From assembly GCA_964016885.1 (NCBI GenBank), contig OZ024741.1:166532001-166596000 (forward strand): a stretch of 64,000 nucleotides of DNA, given 5' to 3'. Shown here piece by piece: positions 1 to 17,643 of the stretch (positions within the stretch are counted from its first letter, which is position 1; the number at the start of each line of letters is the position of its first letter). The stretch is from Eledone cirrhosa (taxonomy: Eukaryota). The position numbers were made by a program, and so were the translations under genes. The notes below the pieces were generated by a model. That model did no database searches. It was not told the DNA's origin and worked only from the letters and a program-made list of their open reading frames with translations.

Positions 1-290
1 ACACGTCCGAGCCAGGCGAAAAGTGAGAGAGGAAAGAATTTCACGCAGGTCAGACGAGAGGAGGAGTAGCAGAGAGTGAGTGAGTGAAAGTGTGAGGAAG
101 GGGCCAGCCGAGAGTGTGTGACCAGCAGCGGGGGTGGAAGAAAGCAAGAGGTAAAAGAGAGAGAAGGGGGAGAGAGAAAGAGGATAGCGGTATAAATATA
201 TATGTGTGTGTGTGTGCGTCTGAGAGTGTATATGTATGCATGTATGTGTATGTGTGTATGCATATAGTTATTATCTGCTCGCGTACACAC

Positions 291-371
<81 letters not shown>

Positions 372-794
372 GAGAGAGGGGGGGGAATATAGAGATTGAT
401 AGATATATAGGTAGAAAGATATTAAATTTCTTTTTCATATATTCAGATTGGATTCTTCTAAACCAAAACCAAGTCCAATTCTTTTGGTGGAAGAGAAGGG
501 GTTTTACTGTCAAAGTAATCCTGTTGTGACTTTTCTAAGATAAGATTATGCAGATTAAAGAATATAAAAAAATTTATCAAGTAATGTTTTAATTCTATTT
601 CAGTTACTAGCTTCTGTTTTGTATATTTGAAATGTTTGTAAAAATTACATAACGTTATAACATTATAGACTTTCATTTAGAGGTTGTTATGTAAACTAAT
701 ACATACCCGTTGTTTTACGGAAGAGGGATTAAGTAATATATGGTTCCTTCACCAAACTGAAAACAAACTTGTATTCGTGGATTATACTCACGCA

Positions 795-881
<87 letters not shown>

Positions 882-922
882 CTGTGTGTGTGTGTGTGTG
901 TGTGTATGTGTGTGTGTATGTA

Positions 923-1095
923 AAAGGTAAACAGAAATAACAACACAATCGGTACAGTATATGGAAGGAATATATTAGGTTAACGCTTGAAATAGCAGGA
1001 AGAGGGTCTTAACGTTTCGGACGCTAGTCCCTCATCAAAAGAAAGACTGAGAAATAAGATAGATTGAAGGGGCGGGTGGGGTGGAATTGGAAAAA
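923..1095 (-). repeat. PLE pseudo-LTR fragment 'A' with HHR-like motif (direct copy at ~6625-6808)
   Basis: Near-identical to 6625-6808. Minus strand 1007-1042 reads TTGATGA-G-GGAC(TAGC)GTCC-GAAAC-GTT-AAGA, i.e. a hammerhead core with C3>T in this copy. Confidence 0.65.
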
Positions 1096-1114
1096 ATGTC
1101 TTTATGTATATAAA

Positions 1115-1680
<566 letters not shown>

Positions 1681-1682
<2 letters not shown>

Positions 1683-2281
1683 GGTGGCTGCCAACTTGTT
1701 TTCGAGTACGGTCACTACTTTATATCCATATAGGAGAACCCCTACCGATGCGCTGAATGAGTGTGACTTTTTAGTCCAGCCTGCGACTTGAAAACTGGTA
1801 TAAACACTACACTTGTGACAATTATTGACACATAGTGCTAGGCCCATGGTACCATGTGACGACCAGTGCAGAGAGATCTCCAGATATAAAGCAATGCCTC
1901 TGCCGTGAAGCTTTTATAGTGAGCAAAGGCACTGCACAAAGCCAGTCCCACTCTCTTAACCAAGATGATATTTACCAAAAAGAAGAACAAGTCAACATCA
2001 TTGGATACCATCAGGGTTGCAGGTGTTATATCAGAGTTTTCCTTCTCCTAGAATTCTGCCTTGACAAAGGCTAAGGGGTCATCTCTCCCAGTGATTTTGG
2101 ATGGCCATTGACTCTTAAGAGCTTCTTTGCCCTTTGACAGGTTTTGTTTTTAGTCCTGCAGGATGTCCAAAGTCCTCACCAAGAACCTTGGTGGGGTTGC
2201 CAGTTTAGTCGCCAACAACCCGACCATGGGACAGGTTGTACCGGGATACATGTTACCAGTAGCACCAACTGGTGACCTGAC
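1681..2281 (-). mobile_element. Non-autonomous ~600-bp RTE-LINE derivative, copy 1
   Basis: Three similar copies (1681, 26161, 29142). The minus strand has RTE-like 5'UTR sequence (CTAGGAGAAGGAAAACTCTGA) joined to a C-terminal C2H2-like remnant ([17 protein letters not shown] in copy 3) and ends in a TA/TATG tail. Confidence 0.6.
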
Positions 2282-2593
2282 ATAATATATATATACACAC
2301 ATACATACACACATTTATATATATATATATTCGGTAAATAAGGATGCAATTTACCTCTAGCACTCAACGTCATATTACTTCCTAAAAACAAGGATGACGG
2401 AGTATATTAATAAAGAGCACTCTAAACATCTTCAACTTCGCATTTTCCTCTTGATATATATATATATATATATTGGTAAACGGAATAGAAAATGCTGACA
2501 AATTGTTCACAGTTGAAAAATGGTTTAATTAGGAATAAAAGAGTATTAGTGATTGTATGGGTTAGTATTCAGTTGTGGTTTTAAGTTTTTAAG

Positions 2594-2632
2594 TTTTTAC
2601 CGGTTGCGCATTTCTAAATGCTTTTCAAAAAT
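2594..2632 (-). ncRNA. Hammerhead-like motif (U3-A8 core, GAAA>GCAA), 3' pLTR of the Naiad element
   Basis: TTT-TTGAAAA-GCATTT(AG)AAATGC-GCAA-CCGG-TA-AAAA, with palindromic stem III ACCGGT. The A13>C change is probably inactivating. Confidence 0.5.
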
Positions 2633-2945
2633 AATTTTGAGATAGAGTGTCCGTGCTGTTTGCTCTGATCTGATTAGTTTTGGGAATTCTACCTGTTTTT
2701 ATGTTAAAACAGTGGCTCCAGCGTTATTTTTGTGTTGCAAAAATGCTTGTGGTCAAAACAATTTTGATTGGTCGGTAGAGGTCATGTGAATGTAAAAAGT
2801 TGATTTTGCGCCAAGACAGTTTTTATGTTAAAAAAGTGGCTCCAGCAAAAATTCTTGGTCAAAACAATTTTGATTGGTCGGTAGAGGTCATGTGGATAAA
2901 AAATTGGTTTTGCGCCAAGATTGAGAAATGACTCTTTCACAACAA

Positions 2946-3087
<142 letters not shown>

Positions 3088-3153
3088 TAGTAGTAAGGTT
3101 TTCGATGCTGCGACAATGGCCAGCAGCGATGTGTGTCAAATGGCTATTAAGAT

Positions 3154-3192
<39 letters not shown>

Positions 3193-3491
3193 GCAGAGTC
3201 ATTCGAAGGTCAAAAGATATTTTTCAGCTTTTGTCTTATACGGAGAAGTGTGTGTGTGTGTGTGTGTATAAGTCTCTTTGTATGTTGATGTACGCGTGTG
3301 TATGTGTTTGTGTATATATGTGTGTGTGTGTGTGGGGGGGTGGACCAGTATTTTTTTCCCCCTGGTAAAATGGTGTACATTATTCGATTTTTTCAGTAAA
3401 ATCGGTTCTCTTAATAGAACATCAAAAATCTTAACAATAAAAGGTGCGAAATGATATTCACTATATATATATACACACATACATATATTCA

Positions 3492-3528
<37 letters not shown>

Positions 3529-3670
3529 TACATACATATATATGCACATATATTTTTTTGTATTGCACCATAGAGCATGTGTGTTTACGTGTGTCATTGT
3601 GTTTATATGTGGGTAGAGATGTGTGCTGATGTAGGTATGTATGTTGACGTATGTATGTTGTGGGTTCGTC

Positions 3671-5410
<1,740 letters not shown>

Positions 5411-5723
5411 TTGTTGTGAAAGAGTCATTTCTCAATCTTGGCGCAAAACCAATTTTTTATCCACATGACCTCTACCGACCAATCAAAATTGTTTTGACCA
5501 AGAATTTTTGCTGGAGCCACTTTTTTAACATAAAAACAGTCTTGGCGCAAAATCAACTTTTTACATTCACATGACCTCTACCGACCAATCAAAATTGTTT
5601 TGACCACAAGCATTTTTGCAACACAAAAATAACGCTGGAGCCACTTTTTTAACATAAAAACAGGTAGAATTCCCAAAACTAATCAGATCAGAGCAAACAG
5701 CACGGACACTCTATCTCAAAATT

Positions 5724-5762
5724 ATTTTTGAAAAGCATTTAGAAATGCGCAACCGGTAAAAA
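5724..5762 (+). ncRNA. Hammerhead-like motif (mirror copy of 2594-2632) in inverted pLTR
   Basis: ATTT-TTGAAAA-GCATTT(AG)AAATGC-GCAA-CCGG-TA-AAAA. Confidence 0.5.
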
Positions 5763-5918
5763 CTTAAAAACTTAAAACCACAACTGAATACTAACCCATA
5801 CAATCACTAATACTCTTTTATTCCTAATTAAACCATTTTTCAACTGTGAACAATTTGTCAGCATTTTCTATTCCGTTTACCAATATATAATAACTTGTGT
5901 GTTGCACCTCTATTCTTT

Positions 5919-6019
<101 letters not shown>

Positions 6020-6272
6020 AAAAGGTAAACAGAAATAACAACACAAACGACACAGTACAATGAAGAAATATATTAGTTTAACGCTTGAAATAATAGAAAA
6101 AGAGTCTTAACGTTTCGGACACTAGTCCTTCATCGGAAAATAACATGAATAAAAGATGAAATAGAAATATAGAGTATGTGAAGAGGAAAGAACGAAATAA
6201 ATTGTGAAAAAGCACACGTGTGTATCCAGTCAGCCATCTTAGAATCTGTATACATACATAGCACGCACGCGC

Positions 6273-6331
<59 letters not shown>

Positions 6332-6342
6332 TATATATATAT

Positions 6343-6395
<53 letters not shown>

Positions 6396-6563
6396 TATTT
6401 GTGTGTGTGGGTGCGTGTGAGTGTGTGTGTGATCATCGGTTTTAAGCTAATAGCAGTGGTTAGAAGGGTCATCACAGACAGAGCCAGCACTCTCTCTTTC
6501 TCTCTCTCTCTCTCTCGCACACACACACACAGACTCTAAACATCTTCAACTTCGCATTTTCCT

Positions 6564-6628
<65 letters not shown>

Positions 6629-6712
6629 AAAGGTAAACAGAAATAACAACACAATCGGTAAAGTATATGGAAGGAATATATTAGGTTAACGCTTGAAATA
6701 GCAGGAAGAGGG

Positions 6713-6748
6713 TCTTAACGTTTCGGACGCTAGTCCCTCATCAGAAGA
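6713..6748 (-). ncRNA. Minimal type-I hammerhead ribozyme
   Basis: TCTT-CTGATGA-G-GGAC(TAGC)GTCC-GAAAC-GT-T/AAGA. Stem I TCTT/AAGA; palindromic stem III ACGT (dimer type). Confidence 0.75.
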
Positions 6749-6806
6749 AAGACTGAGAAATAAGATAGATTGAAGGGGCGGTGGGGTGGAGTTTGAAAAA
6801 AAAAAA

Positions 6807-6807
<1 letters not shown>

Positions 6808-6858
<51 letters not shown>

Positions 6859-6953
6859 CATACATACATACATATATATATATACATATATATATATACA
6901 TACATACATATATATATACATATATATATATACATACATACATATATATATAC

Positions 6954-6998
<45 letters not shown>

Positions 6999-7031
6999 CA
7001 TATATATATATATATATACATACATATATAT

Positions 7032-7092
<61 letters not shown>

Positions 7093-7127
7093 CATATATA
7101 TATACATACATATGTAGATACATATAT

Positions 7128-7213
<86 letters not shown>
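6808..7213. repeat. Interrupted (TA)n/(TACA) microsatellite array
   Basis: Directly visible; C interruptions on the + strand. Confidence 0.95.
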
Positions 7214-7217
<4 letters not shown>

Positions 7218-7320
7218 TTAATATAGATGAGATTCTACAGGACTAGAACTGTTTCATTCATTAGAAATCATCAGGAATGAAACAGTTCTAGTCCTGTAGA
7301 ATCTCATCTATATTAAAACT
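7214..7320. repeat. Perfect fold-back palindrome (46-bp arms, 15-nt loop) containing an HHR core
   Basis: 7214-7259 is the reverse complement of 7275-7320. The minus strand through the loop reads CTGATGA-TTTCTAATGAAT-GAAACAGTTC. Confidence 0.85.
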
Positions 7321-7495
7321 GTTATACTGTGCTATGTATTGAGTACCTTACTTACTGTGGTTACCTCCGATTCAACCCGGAATAACGTATATATATATAT
7401 ATATATATACAAAAGTTTTATTTAAAATTGTTGGGTTACAACGAGTAAATATTTTATAACTGATATAAAAGCACTCAACAGTTTTTGGAGTCAGG

Positions 7496-9125
7496 TTGAT
7501 TGCACCATCAAAATCTGACCTGGGTAAACTTAGCAAGAACATTCTAGACAGGGTGATACAGCAAATTAAGGACTTGAATTGTTTACCTCGCTTGACCTTG
7601 TGGAAGGGAATTGGGGAGGTCATTGAGTGGTTTAATGAAATTAAATATAACAATAATAATAAATTTATTCAACTTGATATTGCTAACTACTATTCATCCA
7701 TTACCCCTAATCTACTAAATAAGGCACTAAATTACGCATTCAAACATACAGACCTAACTAGCAATGAAATGCACATTATATTATCGGCAAGGAAAACATT
7801 GATAGAATTTAATAACCAACTATGGACTAGGGCAGATAGAGATAATAATTTCGACATTACTATGGGATCATCAGACTCAGCTCAGGTAACGGACCTTGTG
7901 GGCCTATTTATAATTAATTCGCTGCATAGGAAAATACCCGGTGTTACCGGAGGTTTATATAGAGATGACATGCTTTTACTTATTGAAAATAATAACTCTG
8001 AACTAAATAGAAAAAGAAAACAAATTATACAATTTTTTAATTACCTTAATCTAAAAATAGAAATTGAGAATAACCATAGAATAGTCAATTTCCTAGACGT
8101 AACATTAAATCTCAACACATGTCTTCACTATCCATTTCACAAGTTAAATGAAAACTTGAATTATGTCAATTTTAGCTCCAATCACCCCAGATCTGTCAAA
8201 AAGACTATAGTGAACTCTGTTCAAAAACGTATCTCTAGAATCTCTTCCAATAAAAATATTTTTGACGAAAAAGCCCAGTATTATAATGAAGCGTTAGCTA
8301 GAGCAGGATATAGTGATAAAATTATGTACATCGATAATAGACAAACTAACCAAAATAACAACAATTTTAATTACAGTAACAACTTTAACAACTATAATAG
8401 AAAGCATTACAATAATTCCCAAAACCAGAAAAGAAATAGAACTAGAAATATAATATGGTTTGCCCCCCCCCTTCTCACTAAACATTAAAACCCACATCGC
8501 TAAACTATTTTTTAATGCTCTTGACAAACGCTTCCCTAGAACACATAAGTATCACTCAATTTTCAATAGACATACTATAAAATTAACATACTCGTCCACC
8601 AAAAATTTAGCACAAAATATTAATAGAATAAATAATAGGAATCTAAAACCTAGCCAAAATACCGAAAATAGCCTAAACAATATTCAAGTAAACAACTGTA
8701 ACTGTAGAGATAGATCTAAATTTCCGCTAAATAACAATTGCTTAGTTAAAAATATAATATACAACTGTAATGTTAAAACTGACTTAAATTCTTTTAATTA
8801 TGTTGGTTCCACCTCGACAGAATTTAAACTTCGCTATAATAATCACAAGAATTCTTTCACGGATCCAAATAAAAAATCCTCAACATCACTATCAGGCTTA
8901 CTCTGGCAACTTAAACATGATAAAGTTGGATATTCGATGGTTTGGAATATAGTCTCAAAAGGGATTCCTTTTAATTCCTCTTCTGAGACATGTGACCTCT
9001 GCGGGGAGGAGATATTCTTTATACTAAAATCTAAAAATTCCCTTAATTTACGGACCAATTTATTCAGCTGCTGCAGACATAGATTGAACTCAACTTTTAA
9101 ATATAAATATAAATTTAAAATGTAG
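7496..9125 (+). pseudogene. Hydra-type PLE RT + GIY-YIG ORF (truncated; frameshift in poly-C at ~8465)
   Basis: FIQLDIANYYSSI, FDITMGSSDSAQ, GGLYRDDML, VNFLDVTL. Linker CNCRDRSKFPLNNNC (degenerate CxCx5Cx5C). NIIY..YVGST..FKLRYNNHKNSF. Confidence 0.9.
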
Positions 9126-10389
9126 TATAAAATGTAGTATATTTACTTAAGATATTTAACTATTTATGAAACTTGGCGATAAATCTTTCGATTCCTTCAA
9201 TTTTTAAAACCTTTCTGCATGAATATATAATTAATGAGATTAATTAAACTACCCTAAAATTGGCGATATTCCCAATCTTTTGAATAAATTTTTAAGCTAG
9301 ATAAACTTCTATAATAAATATAAGAGCATTTGTAGAATAAGTTTTTGAATGATTTCTGCTAAATAAGTTTTGTTGAACAATTTTGGTTTTTGTTTGCTTT
9401 TGATTCTGATTGCTTCTAATGAACTTGACAACATATTGTCAAATAAATTGGAAGGGTGGTTTTATGTGATTGATATGCGTGGCATACTATGTTCTCTTAC
9501 GTCCCTAGATACTCTGAGGAGTGACGAAGATATTCTTGGCGTTTTTAATTTTTAATATATTGATATCTGTTGTCTATTCTATGCTTGAACGATAATCATG
9601 TAAGTGAGGGCAGGAATATTACTATTAATATTAATGTATATTTTATGTCTATATATATATATATATGTATGTACATATATGTATGGTGGAATCTTTTGTA
9701 ACGCAATGAAGATTTTCATGAAAAATAAGAATTTGCGGAGCATATCACGTAAGTTCATATGTGTGTCTATAATTGTCAACTTGAATTTGAGATAACCTTC
9801 TCTTTTCTCTTTTTTTTTTCATGAGAATGCATATATACTTATGTATTTTTGAAGTTTTGTCTCAGATTTTGCTTATAGACCTAAGAATTTTTAAACTAAG
9901 CATGGGGTCATTTTTTTTTCACACATTATGGATATGTGTCTCATTCATGAATATTGATATTTACATTATAATACCTAATTCATAAAAATTGATAATTCAA
10001 ATGGATGAGACATAATATATTTTAAATATATCATCTTTATTTCTTTTTTCTCCTCTACACTGGACGGGATTTATGTGCCGGCTGTTTTAACTGTATCCCT
10101 TCCCTCCTTAACCTCTCACTTGTACGCTGATCATATGTCCCCAAGCTGCCTACCATTTTTTCACTTCCTCAATATATTTCTCTCTCCCATATCTCCTTCT
10201 CTCTCTATCTCGCTCTGTTGTTTTTTCTTTACATACATCTCTTCATCTTCTTCTTTTTATCTTCGTTTTTCTTCGTCTTTCTTTCTCTATAACTGTCCTT
10301 AACAGTTTCACTACCAAATCAACTTTTTAAATGGAAGTTGCATTATTCTAAGGTATGTCAAAATTATTTATAAAACAGCTTATATATTG

Positions 10390-10455
10390 TATTTTGTCTG
10401 AGGAAGGCATACCATATTTTTAATATGATATCCCAGAAATATATATAACGAAATA
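10390..10455 (+). ncRNA. Minimal type-I hammerhead ribozyme in Hydra-type pLTR (copy 1)
   Basis: TATTTTGT-CTGAGGA-[AGGCAT..CATATT(TTT)AATATG..ATCCCA]-GAAA-TATATA-TA/ACGAAATA. Confidence 0.7.
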
Positions 10456-10545
10456 AATATGGTTTTATAAATATAGTTTCCATTTGTTTAATATCGTATA
10501 TATATATATATATATATATACATACATACATATACATACATACAT

Positions 10546-10880
10546 TATAAATTTCCGATTGGTTAAAGTTCGTTCGTCACACATTCTGTGACCTCTTCAG
10601 TGTCTGGGAATTCTTTTCTTTGTTTTTGTTCCTCTCCTTTGTTCTGCCATCTTGTTGTTGTGTGTGTTGTGTGCTTAGTTTGCGCATGTATTACATGCGG
10701 GTGTCTGTGTGTGTTTATATTTTTTTATTTATTTGAACAAAGGAGAGGCACAAAAACAAAGAAAAGAATCCCCAGTCACTGAAGAGGTCACATAATGTGT
10801 GACGAAAGAACTTTGACAATATATGAACACTCGTCTGGTTGTGGAACCAACCAACCAACCGGAAATTTATAAATTCTTAA
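10546..10880. mobile_element. Fold-back pLTR-derived mini element
   Basis: 10562-10645 is an imperfect reverse complement of 10735-10815, and the outer ends TTATAAATTTCCG/CCGGAAATTTATAA are also inverted. Confidence 0.6.
10775..10817 (+). ncRNA. Minimal hammerhead ribozyme
   Basis: GTCA-CTGAAGA-G-GTCACA(TAATG)TGTGAC-GAAAG-AA-CT-T/TGAC. A degenerate mirror copy lies at ~10563-10603 on the minus strand. Confidence 0.65.
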
Positions 10881-11027
10881 ATTTATAAATTTAATTTATA
10901 ATAAATTGGAGTGAAAGCAACTGGTGCGTGTGTTTCTTATTGGCAACATGACCCTCCCAAAGCATAACAATATCGGTTTCAACACACCTTTTCAGATAAA
11001 GAATCTTGCTAAACAAATTCAGAAACG

Positions 11028-11123
<96 letters not shown>

Positions 11124-11227
11124 GCCCGCCCAGCCAGTGGGATGGCGTCATCATATGGCTAAAACAGCACGTGCTGTGACCAGCGGCGCCGAATGGCGCT
11201 CGACAGATTGGTCGGTCAAGGTGACAT

Positions 11228-11658
11228 ATATATATATAAAGTTGTAGTTCCTGTCTGTTTGTTTGTTTGTTTGTTCACGAACTCCTCCTATGATTTTGGA
11301 GATAGACCCCCATAACCCTATACAAACCACCGCTGAAAATTGTTTCCCTTCGATTTATATGAAATTTAAACCATAGGTAAATGACAAGATATGATGCCTA
11401 TTCACAAAAGTTTTGAATTGATTTTTTGAAAAAAAATATTTACAAAAATCAAAATAAGAATAAGATTTAATAATGTAAATTTGATTTGATATATTGCAAA
11501 AAATAATGTTTTCCAATTTTTCATGCATTACATTTTACATTGAGTAATATTGAAATGCAGAGTTTTTCTCCATAAATTATATCACTGATTTAAAATCAGT
11601 CATCATTTTCTTACAAAAAAAATGTGTAAAACGCAGTAAGGCGCGGGTAATTCGGCTA

Positions 11659-11660
<2 letters not shown>
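11228..11660 (+). mobile_element. Possible non-autonomous Helitron-like element
   Basis: Starts TATATATAAAGTTG..(GTTT)n and ends with GC-rich GCAGTAAGGCGCGGGTAATTCGGCTAAT, resembling Helitron 3' ends (CTAG degenerate). Confidence 0.4.
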
Positions 11661-11729
<69 letters not shown>

Positions 11730-11899
11730 TGCATTCTTTCAGTCTTTCTCAGTAGTTTACTCACACTAAGGTAATCTTTTTCGTGTAACATCGTTGGATG
11801 TTTTCAGTTCCACAGTTAATTTAACACTATGGAGTGACCATATTTAAGAGCATCAGTACAGACGGTTGAGTACAGATGTTCTCCACGGGACCAACGTAG

Positions 11900-12785
11900 T
11901 GGACTGGTCGCTTATTCTGAATGACCTAAGAATTCACCCGGCGAGTTGCTTGCATATTACTGCCAACTCAGTGACGTGTGCATGAAATGACATATCATTG
12001 CTCACACTGATCCCTAGGCCAACCACTAGCTTTCACCCTGGGATTATAACCATTCCTGATCCAGAATATCTATGTTGCAAAGTATTAGTTAGTGTCAGCA
12101 GATTGATAATGGAAAGCTTAAAATTAACCTACATTAAATTGCAAGTTGTTTTTTTAGATATCACTGTAGAATAGTAGCATCAACATGATTCTTCGTTACC
12201 TATGTTACTTTCGTATCGTTAGAATATCTCGTGAGAGTGGCTGCTGACATAACTGAAGAACCACCAGAAACGACAGTGACCCCGCAAGACACTTACCAGA
12301 TCTCTATTAATATTTCCTTTGAGAACGCTCCATTGGCTGCAACAGCCTGTTTTCTGTATTTTAAGGAGTCATGCGGCCACTTATCTGGTTTTCCAACGAG
12401 GGCGGGACTACCTAGTTTTTCATGTATCATTCCATGAATAACCTGATCGAATGCCTTTGCAATGTCGAGATACATCGCGTTCACATTTGAGCAGTTTAGC
12501 AGGTATTTTGGTACCGAGTCACAATGCTGTACACGCTGTGTAAAACAGTTTCTTCCCGGGCGAAAACTATACTGCGTATCAAATAAAAAACCATTTCCTC
12601 TAGAATCAGTATAAGACTGCTTCTGATAACTTGTTTTCACGACTTTGCTATGTAAGGCCAGAGAGCGACAGGTTTGTGAATTTTAGTATCTGTCCTACTT
12701 TCTCCTTTATGTATAGGGCATATTATGCTTTTGTTTAATTTCCCGGGAAGTTTACCACTAAAAGGATTTGTTGTAGCCTGTTTGC
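11900..12785 (-). pseudogene. Decayed CR1/Jockey-group LINE RT fragment
   Basis: ORF 12293-12640: QYSFRPGRNCFTQ...YLDIAKAFDQVIH...KW..SLKYRKQAV (LINE RT motifs). Confidence 0.75.
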
Positions 12786-12803
12786 ATGCTTTTAGGAAGA
12801 TTG

Positions 12804-13132
<329 letters not shown>

Positions 13133-13209
13133 TTACCCACTCTACTACCCTAAGTATTGAGTACTTTGGTGCGTTATGGTCCACCTGGTTCCTTACCACA
13201 TTTCTTCCG

Positions 13210-15552
<2,343 letters not shown>

Positions 15553-15842
15553 TTGACTGGTACTTTTTATCGATCTGGAAAGGGTGAAGGGCAAAGTTGA
15601 TCTTGATGGGATTTGAGCTGAGAGAGCAGAGAGCCGGAACGAACGCCATAAAGCATTCTATCCGACGTTCTATCGCCAATTCGCCGCCTATTTTCTCTGG
15701 ATAGAGAGCAGTAATATAGCTAATAGAATCCTCCACGATATATTACTGGAGAAATATAACGGCCCCGGATGAACGAAAAGCAAAAACGACAACAACGAGA
15801 TTTGAACTAAAGGTATAGAGATATGAAACTAAATATAAATAA

Positions 15843-16029
15843 TTGTTTCTACTTTTGGCACAAGGCCAGCAAGTACCCAGTGCATTACTGGTACTTTATT
15901 TTACCGACCCCGTAAGGATGAAAGGCAAAGTTAACCTCGGCGGGATTTGAATTCAGATCATACAGGGAGGTAACTCTATGCTTCAAAGCATGGCGTCCGA
16001 CACTCTACTGATACTGCCAATCCGCCGCC
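15843..16029 (-). mobile_element. tRNA-derived SINE (Meta-domain-like)
   Basis: Minus strand GGCGGCGGATTGGCAGTATC (A box)...GAATTCAAATCCCGCC (B box)...CTTTGCCTTTCATCCTTACGGGGTCGGTAAAATAAAGTACC. Related copies at ~15550-15690, 19850-19970, 20025-20110 and 21990-22083. Confidence 0.8.
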
Positions 16030-16272
16030 TTATAAATATAAATAATCTAGTTTAATTCGCTGCAATCGCCAACAGCTTCAGAAAACTAAATATATTATTC
16101 ATGCATTACATATTATCATATGGGATATGTGTGTATGAATAAATAAATAAATATATGTCTGTGTGTTTGTGTGTAAATATATATATATATATATAGAGAG
16201 AGAGATAGATAGATATAGATATAGATATATATATATATATACTGTGTTGTTATTTCTGTTTACCTTTTACAT

Positions 16273-16401
<129 letters not shown>

Positions 16402-16816
16402 CTTCGTAACATCAAATAAAATAAAAATTGGAGTTATAATATAGAATTTTCAAGTATCATATTTTTTAAAGAGATTTTAAACTGCATTGAAAATAAATGA
16501 TAAATGTAAAACATTCATTTTGTCAGAAACGCCATTCCCCGTTAGGCATTTACAAACCTGACTGCTGTATTTGCTTTCTAACTTTATTTATAAATAGCGA
16601 TCAAATTGTGGTTTATATTTTTTTTTGTACATCGGAGGAAAATTGCTGTTTTTCTGTAAGAATTGAGTTAAATCATTCTTTTTCTGGTTAAATCTTATAT
16701 TCCCTTCAGGCTAAGCATTACTTGGCTTAATAATGCAATTCTCAGCGGAGGCTTCGAACTATATTTCATTTATCAAGAAATTGTATGTAGCAAGCTGAAA
16801 CACCGAAAGTATGTAA

Positions 16817-17643
16817 TACAAAGTCTGTCGAAAAAGTGTCCGACCTTAGGCTGGGGAAAAATCAGTTACCTACTTGCTAATACCTTTCGAAGTAAACCCC
16901 TTTTGTTTCCCTACAACTAGCTCAGCGACCCTTCCTTTGTTCGAAGCACGTCTGGAATGCTTTTAACAGAATAGTTCTCAGCTCCTCTCTCATAGCCCAT
17001 ACGATGTCCTCGCGACTCTCAGTACCTTGATTTTTAGGAACAACCCAGAGCATCTGGAGAATAGGGAGTCGGGTGAATGAGCGAGATGCTTTTCATTGCC
17101 AAAAAACCACTTCGAATGAGCCAGGGCATTGTCATGATGCAGCTGGCATTTGGCAAGTCCCACAGATCCGAGACCTGTCGCACATAACTACATCACAAAG
17201 ACGTCGGAGGACATTCTGATAGCACTCCTTTATAACTGTTTGTCTTTCTGGTGCCTGTTCGTGATGCACTAAGCCTCGGTAGTCAGAGTAAATAGTCAGC
17301 AGTACCTTGATTTTGCTGCGCATCTGACGTGCTATCTGGGACCTTGGCGACGTTGAATGCTTCTGCTCTGAACCTGTACACCCACGTATCGTCTACAGTT
17401 ATCATGTTATTTATGTACGCAAGATCCTTGTTGACACTATCGGGTGAAATGAAATGTGATGAATTAGTTACAGCCCCTCACATGCTGGCTGCCTAACAGT
17501 TACTGATACATCTAGTGAGTTTGCTAAAAAATAACGTATGTGCATGAATTAATGAGTCTCCACTCTGCACACGTTTGTCTCCCTGACGTCATAACTTCCC
17601 ACAGGAAATAAAAATCAAGTCGGATACTTTTTCGACAATCCCA
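16817..17643 (-). mobile_element. Internally deleted mariner transposon
   Basis: Inverted ends TGTCGAAAAAGTGTCCGAC (16826-16844) / GTCGGATACTTTTTCGACA (17619-17637). ORF remnant 17132-17323 SKIKVLLTIYSDYRGLVHHEQAPERQTVIKECYQNVLRRL is typical of the mariner DDD domain. Confidence 0.8.

Larger units (their letters stand above)
7410..10497 (+). mobile_element. Penelope-like element (Hydra-type), copy 1, 5'-truncated with short inverted 5' segment
   Basis: ORF is homologous to 43449-45663. The 3' end (10330-10497) resembles the reverse complement of 42069-42250. Segment 7410-7490 matches 45722-45793 in the opposite orientation relative to the ORF. Confidence 0.88.

Noticed and set aside
1835-2074. 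79-aa + strand ORF conserved in three places (also 26337, 29296)
   Set aside because: It is antisense to a young repeat and has a non-ATG start. Conservation follows from repeat identity, and there is no recognisable domain.
11122-11226. GC-rich 105-bp island between TA arrays
   Set aside because: No ORF or convincing ribozyme fold; most likely a truncated SINE/LINE 3' tail.
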